Below, piece after piece: positions 1 through 10,557 of a stretch of 64,000 nt of DNA; the first letter of the stretch is position 1; each line of letters opens with the position of its first letter. The stretch is from Candidatus Gastranaerophilales bacterium (GTDB lineage: Bacteria > Cyanobacteriota > Vampirovibrionia > Gastranaerophilales > JAILCC01): positions 13,772 to 77,771 of the forward strand of contig JAZLLQ010000020.1 in NCBI GenBank assembly GCA_045598245.1, read 5' to 3'. Under the pieces are notes generated by a model. It was not told the origin of the DNA. It did no database searches and worked only from the letters and a program-made list of their open reading frames with translations. The position numbers were made by a program, and so were the translations under genes.

Positions 1-777
1 TTCGCACGCTTTTTCAACAAGTGCAAGGTTTTGACCCTGATTAATTCCCCTTAATGATAATTTGTATGTTTTTTGGTCGTTTGAAAATATATTTTCATTT
101 GGATTAATAAGCTCGTAATCCTTTTCAACTTCTAATATTTTGGCTCCGATTTTGTTCGCTTGTTTTTTAATTACATTTATTCCTGCGTTATTTTTACTTA
201 TGATTACAGGAACATCTTTTTTTAATATTCCCGCTTTTTCAAAAGAAATTTCCTCAATGTTTTTCCCTAACCTGTCTAAATGGTCTGCACTTATTGATGT
301 AATAATTGTGAGAATAGGTTTTTGGGTGATATTTGTAGCATCTAATCTTCCCCCCATTCCTGTTTCAAGTATAACTCTATTGACCTTGTTGTCCTTAAAA
401 TACAAGAAGGAAAGCATTGTTAGGGTTTCAAATTCCGTTAATTCTATATTGTGTTTAACGGAAACATTTTCAATTTTTTCAATGTATTTAGCAAAATTTT
501 CCTTACTTATATCCTCAAAATTTATTTTAATCCTTTCTGTATAATCCATAATATGCGGACTTGTAAAAAGACCTGTTTTATAGCCGTTATCCTGATAAAT
601 TTTGGCAAGCATTGCACAAGTAGAGCCTTTACCGTTTGTACCGGCAATATGTATTATGTTCAAATCATCCTGAGGGTTGTTGAAAATTTCGGCAATGCTT
701 TTCATTCGTTCCAAGCCTAAATTTATATGAAACTTTCCCTGAGATGTCAAAAGTTGTATGCTTTCTTCGTAATTCAT
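1..777 (-). CDS. folC: Folylpolyglutamate synthase/dihydrofolate synthase, N-terminal part (runs off the window edge)
   Basis: Not in the ORF track. Manual translation from the ATG at 777 gives MNYEESIQLL...IIHIAGTNGKGST...GLFTSPH...ETGMGGRLDATN, all FolC motifs. Confidence 0.95.
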   Translation of the reverse strand, partial: MNYEESIQLLTSQGKFHINLGLERMKSIAEIFNNPQDDLNIIHIAGTNGKGSTCAMLAKIYQDNGYKTGLFTSPHIMDYTERIKINFEDISKENFAKYIEKIENVSVKHNIELTEFETLTMLSFLYFKDNKVNRVILETGMGGRLDATNITQKPILTIITSISADHLDRLGKNIEEISFEKAGILKKDVPVIISKNNAGINVIKKQANKIGAKILEVEKDYELINPNENIFSNDQKTYKLSLRGINQGQNLALVEKACE

Positions 778-789
778 TACACCACCATT

Positions 790-1647
790 TTAACCGAATA
801 CTTCTTTGGCTCTGTAAGAACTTCTTGCAAGAGGTGCGAAAAATGTGTATTTTATACCAATACTTTTGGCAATTTGCTCTAACTCCGTAAATTCATCAGG
901 TTCATAATATTTTATTACGGGTACATTTTTCTTGGTGGGGCGGATATATTGTCCAATGGTGACTATGTCGCAGTTGATTTTTACAAGGTCTTCAAAAATT
1001 CCGGTTAATTCATCCGTTGTTTCGCCAAGTCCTACCATTAATCCTGTTTTTGTTTTTATTTTCGGGTTGATTTCTTTTGCCGTTTTTAAAACATCCAATG
1101 ACCTTTTGTAATTTGCCATAGGTCGAATTGTCTTGTGTAATCTTTCGGTTGTTTCGAGGTTATGATTAAAAACATCCAACGGAGTTAAAATTACTTTTTC
1201 TAAAGCAGCTCTTTCTCCTTTAAAATCAGGGGTTAATACCTCTACTCTTACATCAGGTGTTAAATTTTTTATTGCGCAAATTGTATTTTTAAAATGTTCT
1301 GCGCCGCCGTCAGGAAGGTCATCACGTGTTACTGACGTTATTACCGCATAATGAAGTCCTAATTTTTTAATTGCCTGTGCTATATTGTCAGGTTCATTTA
1401 TGTTAACTTTATCGGTACCGTTATGGCTGACTGCACAAAATCTGCAGTTTCTTGTACAATTGTTTCCTAAAATCATAAATGTTGCGGTTTTCTTTGCGAA
1501 ACATTCTGCTTTGTTAGGGCATCTTGCACCATCGCATACTGTATTTAACCCATATTCTTTTAAAATATCTCTGACTGCTTTTGATGAGTCGCAGTCAATA
1601 ATTCCTCGTTTTAACCATGGCGGCAGACGTTTGATTGTTTCTTCCAT
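790..1647 (-). CDS. lipA: Lipoyl synthase
   Basis: CDGARCPNKAEC and CTRNCRFC cluster motifs, C-terminal RSSY. Confidence 0.97.
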   Translation of the reverse strand: MEETIKRLPPWLKRGIIDCDSSKAVRDILKEYGLNTVCDGARCPNKAECFAKKTATFMILGNNCTRNCRFCAVSHNGTDKVNINEPDNIAQAIKKLGLHYAVITSVTRDDLPDGGAEHFKNTICAIKNLTPDVRVEVLTPDFKGERAALEKVILTPLDVFNHNLETTERLHKTIRPMANYKRSLDVLKTAKEINPKIKTKTGLMVGLGETTDELTGIFEDLVKINCDIVTIGQYIRPTKKNVPVIKYYEPDEFTELEQIAKSIGIKYTFFAPLARSSYRAKEVFG

Positions 1648-1650
1648 AAT

Positions 1651-3012
1651 TTACCTCTTAGGCGGAACGTGTGTTGCTTTGTTTTCCAAGTCCAGCAATG
1701 CTTCATTGATGGCTTCTGATGTTGTCGGATGAGCAAAAATGATATCGTTGAGTTTGTCAATGCTTATCCCTGTATTTATAGCAATAGCCAATTGTTGAAG
1801 CATACTTGATGCATCATTTGCTACCATTGAAGCTCCGACTATTTTATTTTCGATGCTCAAAACCTTAATAAGTCCGTCAAGTTCACCGTCAATATATGCT
1901 TTTGCACTAATTGTCAACGGTAATTTGCTGACTTTGTAATCAATATTTTTTTCGATGAGTTCGTTTTCCGTATATCCGATGCTTGCGATTTCAGGTTTTC
2001 CGTATATTATTGCCGGTATATTCTTGTAGTTGATATCAATTTTTTTATTGTCAAAAAGATGCTCTACAAGTTTCTTGCTTTGAGAGGCAGCGGTATGTGC
2101 GAGCATTTGTTTACCTGTAATATCGCCAACCGCATAGATATTATCAAAATTAGTTTTAAAGTTGTCATCAACCTTAATAAAGCCTCTTTCTTTTTCAAAC
2201 GGAACATTTTCCAAGTTATATAAATTTGGAACTCTGCCTATTGCCACAAGAATTTTGTCAAACTCAAATTCTTTTCCGTTTGAAAAATGTGCGATATTGT
2301 TTTCAACTTTTTCAATGCTTGTTGATGTATAAAATTCTATTCTTTGTTTTTTGAAAATTCTGGACAAAGCCGTTGATACTGCTTCATCCATTGTTGGAAC
2401 AAGTCTGTCGGCTAACTCTATAATGCAAACTTTTTTGCCGAAGTTATTTAGTATTCTTGCCCATTCCGTTCCGATTGCTCCTGAGCCTATAATCAAAGTT
2501 TTTTCAGGGAAATTATCAAGAGCAAGTATTGTATCTGATGTCAAGACATATTCATCAGGCAAATTTGGGATAGTTCTTGGTGATGAGCCTGTTGCAATTA
2601 CCAATTTGTCGTATTCAATATTTGTTGTTTCGCCATTGTAAAAAACTTGTAAATTTAATTTTTCATCAAGACTTGCGGTTCCGTTTATAATCTCAATATC
2701 ATTTGCTTTTATGTTTCTTTCTAAAGAAGTTCTTATTTTTTCGATAGTTTGAGTTCTTAAATTAAGTATTTTTTGTATATCGTATTTTGGATTTTCGACA
2801 GTAATGCCGTATTTTTCCATATTGGAAAGGTCCGTAAAAATTTGCGATGAACGAAGCATTGATTTAGAAGGGATACAACCTCTGTTTAAACAAACTCCGC
2901 CAATAAAACCTGCTTCTATTATTGCTGTTTTTTTACCTAACTGTGCTGCTCTGATTGCTCCTGTAAAACCGGCAGGACCTGAGCCTATAAATACTATATC
3001 GAATTTACTCAT
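1651..3012 (-). CDS. lpdA: Dihydrolipoyl dehydrogenase
   Basis: GSGPAG FAD site, GGVCLNRGCIPSK redox disulfide, HPTTSE. Confidence 0.95.
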   Translation of the reverse strand: MSKFDIVFIGSGPAGFTGAIRAAQLGKKTAIIEAGFIGGVCLNRGCIPSKSMLRSSQIFTDLSNMEKYGITVENPKYDIQKILNLRTQTIEKIRTSLERNIKANDIEIINGTASLDEKLNLQVFYNGETTNIEYDKLVIATGSSPRTIPNLPDEYVLTSDTILALDNFPEKTLIIGSGAIGTEWARILNNFGKKVCIIELADRLVPTMDEAVSTALSRIFKKQRIEFYTSTSIEKVENNIAHFSNGKEFEFDKILVAIGRVPNLYNLENVPFEKERGFIKVDDNFKTNFDNIYAVGDITGKQMLAHTAASQSKKLVEHLFDNKKIDINYKNIPAIIYGKPEIASIGYTENELIEKNIDYKVSKLPLTISAKAYIDGELDGLIKVLSIENKIVGASMVANDASSMLQQLAIAINTGISIDKLNDIIFAHPTTSEAINEALLDLENKATHVPPKR

Positions 3013-3026
3013 TTTATTTAGCCTTT

Positions 3027-4532
3027 CTAGTGCAAGAAGTGTCTTGTGCCTGTGTTAATCATTGCAATATTGTATTTATCACATTCTTTTATGACATCTT
3101 CATCTTTAATACTTCCTCCGGGTTGTATTATTGCTGCAATTCTGCATTGTGCTGCGGCTTGAATATTATCAATTGCAGGGAAGAAACCATCGCTTGCCGC
3201 TACCGCATCTTTAGCTTCATCGCAAGCCTGATTTAAAGCAATTTCCATCGAGGCAATTCTGCTGGTTTGTCCCATGCCAATGCCAAGTGTTTTTTTGTCT
3301 TTTGCAACGACAATAGCATTTGATTTAACGTGCTTTACGACTTTCCATGCAAAAATCATATCTTCTATCATTTTTTCGTCAGGTTTTGTTTGAGTTACGA
3401 CTTTGAAGTTATCTTTATCCAATTCAATATCTGTTTTTGTTTGGACAAGTGTTCCGAACTTTGTATTTTTTATATCAAGAAGAGGCATTTGTTTAAATGT
3501 TAAAATATCTTCATTTACTCTTACCAGACGTAAATTTTTCTTTTGTTTCAGCAAATCAACTGCTTCTTTTTCAAAATCAGGTGCAATAATTACTTCCAAA
3601 AATAATTCTTTTAGCAATTTTGCTGTTTTCACGTCTACTTTCTGATTAAAAGCAACAATACCTCCAAAAGCACTTATCGGGTCGCAATCTAATGCTCTTT
3701 GGTATGCGTCTGCAACATTTTCGCCAAGTGCAACGCCGCATGGATTAGAGTGTTTAATTATGGCACATGCGTACACTCCGATAAATTCGCTTACCAAATT
3801 GAAGGCTGACGACATATCTGTAATATTGTTAAATGAGAGTTCTTTTCCGTTAAGTAAGTCAAAATCAACTATATTATCATCAGTTTTGTATAATCCTGCA
3901 CTTTGGTGAGGGTTTTCTCCGTATCTTAAATCCTGAACTTTTTCTAAATTTAAAGTCAAAGTTTCTTCCATTTCGTTATCTGACAAAGTTTTTGCAATCA
4001 GAGAATCGTATTTTGAGGTTAATTCAAAACCTTTTACCGCAAGTTCTTTTCTGTATTCAAGGGTGGTTTCTTTTCCGTTTTCTTCAAGCTGTTTTAAAAA
4101 CTCATCATATTGTTCCGTTGAAGTAATACAGTTAACAAATTGATAGTTTTTTGCTGCTGCTCTGATAAGACTGACTCCGCCAATATCAATGGTTTCTATG
4201 GTTTTTTCTTTTTCAAACGGATATAAATTAACTGCGACTAAGTCAAACGGAATTATTGAATTTTCTTCAAGTTCTTTTGCATCATTATCGTTATCAAGTC
4301 TGGCAAGAATGCCTCCAAAAATGTAAGGGTGAAGTGTTTTTACTCTGCCTCCTAACATTTCTTCGCAGTCAGTGATGTCTTTAACTTCAATTGCAGGTAT
4401 GTTATTTTCTTTTAATAATTTGTATGTTCCGCCGGTAGAAATGATTTCGTAAGCATAGTCAACAAGTTTTTTCGCAAAATCAACAACTCCTGTTTTGTCA
4501 AAAACACTGATTAATGCTCTTTTTTTAGCCAT
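3027..4532 (-). CDS. purH: Bifunctional AICAR transformylase/IMP cyclohydrolase
   Basis: RALISVFDK, GGRVKTLHP, LRYGENPHQ, ASDGFFP, IIQPGGS, TRHF. Confidence 0.97.
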   Translation of the reverse strand: MAKKRALISVFDKTGVVDFAKKLVDYAYEIISTGGTYKLLKENNIPAIEVKDITDCEEMLGGRVKTLHPYIFGGILARLDNDNDAKELEENSIIPFDLVAVNLYPFEKEKTIETIDIGGVSLIRAAAKNYQFVNCITSTEQYDEFLKQLEENGKETTLEYRKELAVKGFELTSKYDSLIAKTLSDNEMEETLTLNLEKVQDLRYGENPHQSAGLYKTDDNIVDFDLLNGKELSFNNITDMSSAFNLVSEFIGVYACAIIKHSNPCGVALGENVADAYQRALDCDPISAFGGIVAFNQKVDVKTAKLLKELFLEVIIAPDFEKEAVDLLKQKKNLRLVRVNEDILTFKQMPLLDIKNTKFGTLVQTKTDIELDKDNFKVVTQTKPDEKMIEDMIFAWKVVKHVKSNAIVVAKDKKTLGIGMGQTSRIASMEIALNQACDEAKDAVAASDGFFPAIDNIQAAAQCRIAAIIQPGGSIKDEDVIKECDKYNIAMINTGTRHFLH

Positions 4533-4608
4533 ATTCCTCTCCTTATTCTAACACTATTACTATGTAAAAAGGATAATGCAAAGATGCTTTTTTTTCAATC
4601 TTGAATCG

Positions 4609-5031
4609 TTATTTTGTTGTTTCAAAAAATTTTCTTTTGAAGTAGTGAAAGAAATCGTTTTGACCTTTGATATTTCTGTGTTCGGTTTTAATTTTGTTAC
4701 CGTCTTTATCCGTAACAAATGTTTCAATAACAAGTCCCCTGTTACTTTTTCTTATGTGCATATCTTTATCGCTGCTTAGTGAATAATTAAGGGTAACCGT
4801 ATCGTAATGGTCGAGTTTATTCCATGCGTCACCATAGCAAATATTGTAAAGCGCTTCGTCATGAAATTTTTTGTAATTTTGCTTTTTATTGTGTTTGTTA
4901 TGTAGCCTTGTATGGTAGAAAGTTTCTGCCTTATCTAATTCCGTAAGGAATATTTCTTTAATTGTTTCGTGTGCGTTATCTGTTATTTTTAAACCGTTAA
5001 AATTAAGTGCGTTTGTTCTGTTTAATTCCAT
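4609..5031 (-). CDS. Hypothetical protein with N-terminal ...LNFNG motif
   Basis: 140-aa ORF, AAGGA-type RBS upstream of the ATG. Confidence 0.7.
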   Translation of the reverse strand: MELNRTNALNFNGLKITDNAHETIKEIFLTELDKAETFYHTRLHNKHNKKQNYKKFHDEALYNICYGDAWNKLDHYDTVTLNYSLSSDKDMHIRKSNRGLVIETFVTDKDGNKIKTEHRNIKGQNDFFHYFKRKFFETTK

Positions 5032-5202
5032 GCTATATCCTTTTTTACTTGTTTTTATAGAAAATTCAAAAATAAATAAAATTGACAGAGTAGAAATTTG
5101 AGTTCGGTTTGTGAGATTAATGATATACCTTGTAAATATTGCATTAAAAAATTTATATTGTATTATATCTGAGGAGTAAAATTTATACTGGAAATATAAA
5201 CT

Positions 5203-5724
5203 GTGACAATATCAAAAATCTTGGGAACTGCAATTACATCGTTAACATTGGCTATACCGACTGCAAAAGCAGAAAGTCAATTGGCAGGTGCTATAAGTAA
5301 TACAACGCTGCCTCAAAGAATTTCATCAGAAGGTTTAAAAATGACAGGTGATTCATTTGCACCTGCCGTTCAACAAGCTAAAAAAGTTATTATGGGCAAT
5401 GTTCAATCCGGAGGTGAAATTATTAATAACAATGGAGATGCAATAGGTAGCGGAATATTATTGCAAATTCATGGGACTGATTCTTTAGCAAATGAATTTA
5501 CGAAATTCCCAATAAAAACAGTGGAGTTAGATAACACAGTAACTAATGTTAAAAAAATTGTGATTGGTTCTCCTAAAATTACTGACAGTGTTGAATATAG
5601 TACTGAAATAACATACGGTGATAACCAAACAACAAATATTTTGGTTTCAGGTTTAGATAAAGCATATAAGTTTTTCAAAGCTAGATATGTCAATATCTTG
5701 GAAGATAACAGACTGTTGCGGTAA
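5203..5724 (+). CDS. Hypothetical exported protein
   Basis: 173-aa ORF with signal-peptide-like N-terminus (AKA-E cleavage-like site). Confidence 0.65.
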   Translation: MTISKILGTAITSLTLAIPTAKAESQLAGAISNTTLPQRISSEGLKMTGDSFAPAVQQAKKVIMGNVQSGGEIINNNGDAIGSGILLQIHGTDSLANEFTKFPIKTVELDNTVTNVKKIVIGSPKITDSVEYSTEITYGDNQTTNILVSGLDKAYKFFKARYVNILEDNRLLR

Positions 5725-6079
5725 TAAACTTTATTAGTCGTACAAAAAATGATAAAACAACAAAGAAGATATGAGAAAATCATATCTTCTTTGTTAGTAT
5801 TATAAATTTGTTTTAATTATAAAAATTAATTATGAAAAATGTTATTGAAAAAATTGCAAATGTTAAAAAAGTGAATATTTTTACCTCTAATAATACCCGA
5901 GTAGGTAATTGTGCAAGTATTCAAATGATGGTTATATATAAGTAATCTTTTTCATACTTCCAGCTATTCTTAATTCCAAACTATTTACGGGTCAAATTGA
6001 CCCGTTTTTTATTGCAAATGAAAAGCCGAGATATTATCTCGGCTTTTATATATTTTATTGAACTTTATTGTGATTGTTT

Positions 6080-6550
6080 CTAACCGAAGATGCTTCCGAT
6101 ATTTCCGAGAAGGCTGCCTGCACCGCCTAGTAAACCTGAACCCATAGAGAGTACGGTTTGAGGGCTGCTTACCATACTTACGAGCGAGTCGCCAAGTCCT
6201 AATAATGCTCTGTTACCAATTGAATTAAGTACTGTTTTTGTATTCAAATCTGCATATATATGTGTAGCACCTGAATCGTCCAATGCGTTGAATGTTTTGT
6301 TGCCCATTAACATTGTACTTGTTGTACAGCATCCGCCGCCGGTGTATATACCGCCACCGTATATTCCGCCACCCCAAAGGCTGCCGCCACCGCAACAAGT
6401 ACTTGTACTGATTACAGGTATTGCTGATGGTATTACTGATGAGCCTGAGCAGCTTGAAAATGTTCCGGGCATTACAGGTTTGTTGAATAAACCGTTATTT
6501 CCGACTGCCATAGCTAATTGCGCGTCATGATAATTCACAATTCCGTTCAT
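6080..6550 (-). CDS. Gly/Ser/Cys-rich hypothetical protein
   Basis: Start moved to the ATG at 6550 (GGAGG RBS); GGGIY repeats; inverted-repeat terminator downstream at about 6021-6048. Confidence 0.7.
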   Translation of the reverse strand: MNGIVNYHDAQLAMAVGNNGLFNKPVMPGTFSSCSGSSVIPSAIPVISTSTCCGGGSLWGGGIYGGGIYTGGGCCTTSTMLMGNKTFNALDDSGATHIYADLNTKTVLNSIGNRALLGLGDSLVSMVSSPQTVLSMGSGLLGGAGSLLGNIGSIFG

Positions 6551-6853
6551 AATAAAACCTCCGTCTCTATTTTTATTTCTTTCTCTTATATTATTAAAAA
6601 CATTTTGCTTAAAAAAATTGCCCAAATCAAATCGATAGTTCTGAAAAGCATATATAACAAGGGTTTTGGGAACTGTAAAAATGTTGCTTTTAGAAAATAA
6701 AGCATGCCGATAAAGAAAACTTAACACATGACTGTTGGCTAACTTGACATTGAGTTTTGACTGTTGATAATAATTATATGTGTCAGATTTTCCGGCATGA
6801 TTAATTTATGAAATTACAAATATGGACGCAATAAACGGCATAAGGAGGTATGT

Positions 6854-7228
6854 GTGCCTACATTAAATCAGTTGGTTCGCAAAGAAAGAACTAAATTAAA
6901 CAAAAAAACAAAATCACCGGCATTAACAAATTGTCCTCAAAGAAGAGGTGTTTGCACAAGGGTATATACAACTACACCGAAAAAACCTAACTCAGCTTTG
7001 AGAAAAGTTGCCAGAATCAGACTTACTAACGGCTTTGAAGTATCAAGTTATATTCCCGGTATTGGTCATAACTTGCAAGAGCACTCTGTTGTATTAATTA
7101 GAGGCGGCAGGGTAAAAGACCTTCCAGGTGTCAGATATCACATTATCAGAGGCACTTTGGATACACAAGGTGTTCAGAACAGAAATCAAGCAAGAAGTAA
7201 ATATGGTGCTAAGAAAGCTAAGAAATAG
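6854..7228 (+). CDS. rpsL: 30S ribosomal protein S12
   Basis: [25 protein letters not shown]. Confidence 0.99.
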   Translation: MPTLNQLVRKERTKLNKKTKSPALTNCPQRRGVCTRVYTTTPKKPNSALRKVARIRLTNGFEVSSYIPGIGHNLQEHSVVLIRGGRVKDLPGVRYHIIRGTLDTQGVQNRNQARSKYGAKKAKK

Positions 7229-7244
7229 AAAAGGAAATATATAA

Positions 7245-7715
7245 ATGTCAAGAAGAAGTAAACCACAAAAAAGAATACCAATGCCTGATCCTGTATATAA
7301 CAGCAAAGATATTGCTAGATTTATTAACAGATTAATGAGAAAAGGCAAGAAAAGTATTGCAGAAAAGATTTTCTATTCTGCAATGGATAGAATTCAAGAA
7401 AAAACAAAGCAAAATCCTGTTGAAGTATTTGAACAAGCTATCAAAAACGTAACTCCGCTTTTGCAAGTAAAAGCTCGCAGAATTGGTGGTTCAACATACC
7501 AAGTTCCTATTGAAGTAAGACCTGATTTAGGTGTTGCTATTGGTTCAACTTGGATTATTCAAACAGCAAAGAATCGTAGCGGTAAGTCTATGATTGATAA
7601 ATTAGTTGCAGAATTGTTAGATGCTTCTAATAATCAAGGTGCTTCTGTTAAGAAAAGAGAAGACACGCACAAAATGGCTGAAGCAAACAAGGCTTTTGCT
7701 CATTACAGATATTAA
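7245..7715 (+). CDS. rpsG: 30S ribosomal protein S7
   Basis: GGSTYQVP, HKMAEANKAFAHYR. Confidence 0.99.
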   Translation: MSRRSKPQKRIPMPDPVYNSKDIARFINRLMRKGKKSIAEKIFYSAMDRIQEKTKQNPVEVFEQAIKNVTPLLQVKARRIGGSTYQVPIEVRPDLGVAIGSTWIIQTAKNRSGKSMIDKLVAELLDASNNQGASVKKREDTHKMAEANKAFAHYRY

Positions 7716-7735
7716 TTTTAAATAAATTAATTAAT

Positions 7736-7770
7736 AAAAAGTGGTTATCATTTTTTGATAACCACTTTTA
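7736..7770 (+). terminator. Rho-independent terminator after rpsG
   Basis: aaaagtggttatca...tgataaccactttt inverted repeat. Confidence 0.8.
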
Positions 7771-7804
7771 TTTTTATTTAAAAATTTTGATGTAGAATTT
7801 GTAT

Positions 7805-8101
7805 ATGAGATATTTTATAGCAATAATTTTTTCAATATTTTTAATAATGCCGGTTTTTGCTGATGATGTTGAGCATTATCATTATCATATTAAGGCTGGA
7901 ATTGAAAAAAATACTATATCCAAAAATGTTTTTGTTTATAATTTATCAAATGCAAAATTGCATCTTCCCGATTGTGAATGGGCAGAAAAATGTACGAGAA
8001 ATTGTATTTATATTTCAAAAAAGGATTTAAAGAAAATGTTTTTTGTACCATGTATGGTTTGCGGTGGTGGTGTTATTGAGCCGATGGATGAATTTGAATA
8101 G
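7805..8101 (+). CDS. Small exported protein with Ada-type metal-binding-like domain
   Basis: Signal peptide, then LHLPDCEWA...PCMVC resembling the H-x-x-x-C...PCxxC Ada_Zn-like motif. Confidence 0.55.
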   Translation: MRYFIAIIFSIFLIMPVFADDVEHYHYHIKAGIEKNTISKNVFVYNLSNAKLHLPDCEWAEKCTRNCIYISKKDLKKMFFVPCMVCGGGVIEPMDEFE

Positions 8102-8246
8102 TTTTACGCTTAATTTCTCAGACAAACAACTCTATATAATATTTATAAGTATTTCGCGCAATATTTCCAGAATAAAAACACTAACTTCACAAAAACTGCA
8201 AAGTGGTGTAGACTATAAGTGTTAAAAGTTTTTATAGGTATAAACA

Positions 8247-9479
8247 ATGGAAAAAATCTTAGCTCTTTCAAATGGTGTGAAGGTCGTTTTTAGAAAGAAC
8301 GAAGAGACACCTCGGGTTGCAGTGAATTTTTATATTAAATCAGGTGTTATTGATGAAAAGAAAGCAGGCGAAACTTCTTTGATTACAAAATTGCTTTTGC
8401 AAGGAACTAAAAATCTTTCCTCAAAAGCTCTTGCAGATAAAATTGATTTATATGCAATTGATTTTATTACTGACGTAAAACAAGATTACCTGAAAATTAA
8501 AGCTGTTTTTCTTAATGATGATGTAGAGACTGCTCTTGATTTGATGAGCGATGTTATTTTAAATTCAACTTTTGATAATTTTGAAAAAGAAGTTAATAAA
8601 TTGAAGGGTGAAATTACTTCTGACTTGGATTCCGCAAAGACAAAAGCACTTGATAATTTGATAAAAAATTTATACGAAAACCATCCTTACGGAAATTCAT
8701 ATACCAGAATTTTGGATGAAATTGATTCTATTACAAAAGAGGATGTGAAAAATCTTTATTTTTCAAAACTTTTAGCAAAGAATTGCGTGATAAGTTTTGT
8801 TGGTGACATTGAGGAAGATATAGCATTAGCATTACTTGAAAAGTATTTTTCTAATATTCCTGACGGAATTAATTCTGATAATATGTCGGAAATTACGCAT
8901 TTAACTGAATCGAAAACCGTAAAAATTATAAAAGAAGATGTTGCGCAGGCTCAAATTTTTAAGTCTTGGTTAGTTCCCGGAGTTGCAAGTTCGGATATTC
9001 CTGCATTTATGGTATTAAATTCAATTTTAGGTTCTTGCGGTTTGAGTTCGCGTTTATTTTTGGAGCTTAGAGAGAAGAAAGGTCTTGCATATGTAGTTCG
9101 CAGTAGTCTTGATGTTATGGAATTAAGTTCTACTTTTACTTTGTATATTGCATCAGACCCTAAAAATATAAATGTTGCACTTGACGGATTTAAAGTTGAA
9201 GTGGATAAAATAAAGGATGAGCTTGTTTCGGATAAAGAACTTGAAAGTGCAAAGAAGAATATATTAGGAAAAAGAGCATTTTTACATGAAACAAATTCGC
9301 AACAGTCGCATTATCTCGGTTATTATGAGCTTATGGGGCTCGGTGCTTCGTACGATAGTGAATTGAACTACAAAATACAGGATGTTACTGCGGCTGATAT
9401 TAAAAGAGTTGCCAATAAGTATTTAGACGATAAATTTGTTATTTCGCTGCTTGCTCCGGAAAAATTTTTGCAAGATTAA
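8247..9479 (+). CDS. M16-family (pitrilysin-like) peptidase, probably non-catalytic subunit
   Basis: M16 fold motifs (LLLQGT, SSRLFLELREKKGLAY); HxxEH is absent (LITKL). Confidence 0.8.
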   Translation: MEKILALSNGVKVVFRKNEETPRVAVNFYIKSGVIDEKKAGETSLITKLLLQGTKNLSSKALADKIDLYAIDFITDVKQDYLKIKAVFLNDDVETALDLMSDVILNSTFDNFEKEVNKLKGEITSDLDSAKTKALDNLIKNLYENHPYGNSYTRILDEIDSITKEDVKNLYFSKLLAKNCVISFVGDIEEDIALALLEKYFSNIPDGINSDNMSEITHLTESKTVKIIKEDVAQAQIFKSWLVPGVASSDIPAFMVLNSILGSCGLSSRLFLELREKKGLAYVVRSSLDVMELSSTFTLYIASDPKNINVALDGFKVEVDKIKDELVSDKELESAKKNILGKRAFLHETNSQQSHYLGYYELMGLGASYDSELNYKIQDVTAADIKRVANKYLDDKFVISLLAPEKFLQD

Positions 9480-9560
9480 AGAAAACTTTACAAAAATTGT
9501 GACAAAAATTTTTTGTTTATGTTATGATTTATTCACATGGCTAGAAAAGGAGCGAAAAAA

Positions 9561-9860
9561 GTGAAGAATTACGAAATATTATCAATAATTAAACCGAATT
9601 TTGATACGGAAGAAGTTGATAAAATTGTTGCACAGTTAGAGGAATATGTTTCTAATTTGGGCGGAAAGATTTTAAGCAACGACAAAATCGGCAGAAAAAA
9701 ATTGGCTTATGACATTGACAATTACAGAGATGGGTTCTATGTAGTTTCTAAAATAGAACTTGCCCCTGAAAATGTTAAGGCTTTAAAGAGAAATTTGAAA
9801 TTAAATGATAATTTCTTGAGAGATATGATTGTAGAAGATACAGTAAAAGCTGAAGCATAA
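9561..9860 (+). CDS. rpsF: 30S ribosomal protein S6
   Basis: YEILSII...GRKKLAYDI...GFY; GTG start after AAGGAG. Confidence 0.95.
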   Translation: MKNYEILSIIKPNFDTEEVDKIVAQLEEYVSNLGGKILSNDKIGRKKLAYDIDNYRDGFYVVSKIELAPENVKALKRNLKLNDNFLRDMIVEDTVKAEA

Positions 9861-9872
9861 GGAATTTATTTT

Positions 9873-10265
9873 ATGTCATTAAGTAAAGCAGTTATATCAG
9901 GTATAGTAGTCAGAGATGCCGAAAAACGTTTCACAAACGATGGTTTGGCTATTTTGAATTTTACTATGAATATTGATAAATCAAATGATACTCTCTTGAG
10001 AGTTTTTATGTACGGTGATGCAGCCGAAAAAGCTGAAAGCAAAATAAAGAAAGGTACTGTTGTCACGTGCGAAGGTCGTTTGCAAACAAATTCATATAAA
10101 GATTCTAATGGCGAAGACAAAAAAGTTGTTGAGTTGTATGCCCGCAGCTATGATATCTCAGGTGAAGTTGATATTAATATGGATGCAAATGCACCTGTTG
10201 ATATGGACTATTTACCGGACGAAGTGCCTGATGAACTCATCGGTGACGATGAAATCCCATTTTAA
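9873..10265 (+). CDS. ssb: Single-stranded DNA-binding protein
   Basis: OB fold, EGRLQTNSY, acidic DDEIPF tail; lies between rpsF and rpsR. Confidence 0.93.
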   Translation: MSLSKAVISGIVVRDAEKRFTNDGLAILNFTMNIDKSNDTLLRVFMYGDAAEKAESKIKKGTVVTCEGRLQTNSYKDSNGEDKKVVELYARSYDISGEVDINMDANAPVDMDYLPDEVPDELIGDDEIPF

Positions 10266-10286
10266 AAAATAGGAAGGACAGAAAAA

Positions 10287-10523
10287 ATGATTAATAATAA
10301 AGAACAATCAAAGAAAAAGAAAAAAAATTGCAGTTTTTGTGCTGACAAAATTGAATGTGTAGATTACAAAGATGCGCATAAGCTGAAAAGATACCTGAGT
10401 GAAAGAGGTAAAATTCTTCCTCGCCGTATTACAGGTACTTGTGCTGAACACCAAAGACAGATTGCTGTTGCTATTAAAAGAGCAAGAGAAGCAGCTTTAA
10501 TTGATTACGTTTTTGAAGGTTAA
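10287..10523 (+). CDS. rpsR: 30S ribosomal protein S18 (zinc-binding type)
   Basis: [28 protein letters not shown]. Confidence 0.97.
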   Translation: MINNKEQSKKKKKNCSFCADKIECVDYKDAHKLKRYLSERGKILPRRITGTCAEHQRQIAVAIKRAREAALIDYVFEG

Positions 10524-10557
10524 TTTTGTTTAGCTAATTATTTCATTTTAGGTTGTT

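Noticed and set aside
140-720. Plus-strand ORFs 140-544 and 451-720
   Set aside because: Antisense shadows of folC. The same applies to the many short ORFs opposite lipA, lpdA, purH, topA, the flagellins and the repeat proteins
5832-5945. 37-aa small ORF before a hairpin
   Set aside because: No RBS or recognisable motif; expected by chance in AT-rich DNA
6706-6713. GCCGATAA as a sigma28 promoter for rpsL
   Set aside because: No TAAA at the 15-nt spacing; a TTGACA sigma70-type promoter lies at about 6744-6771
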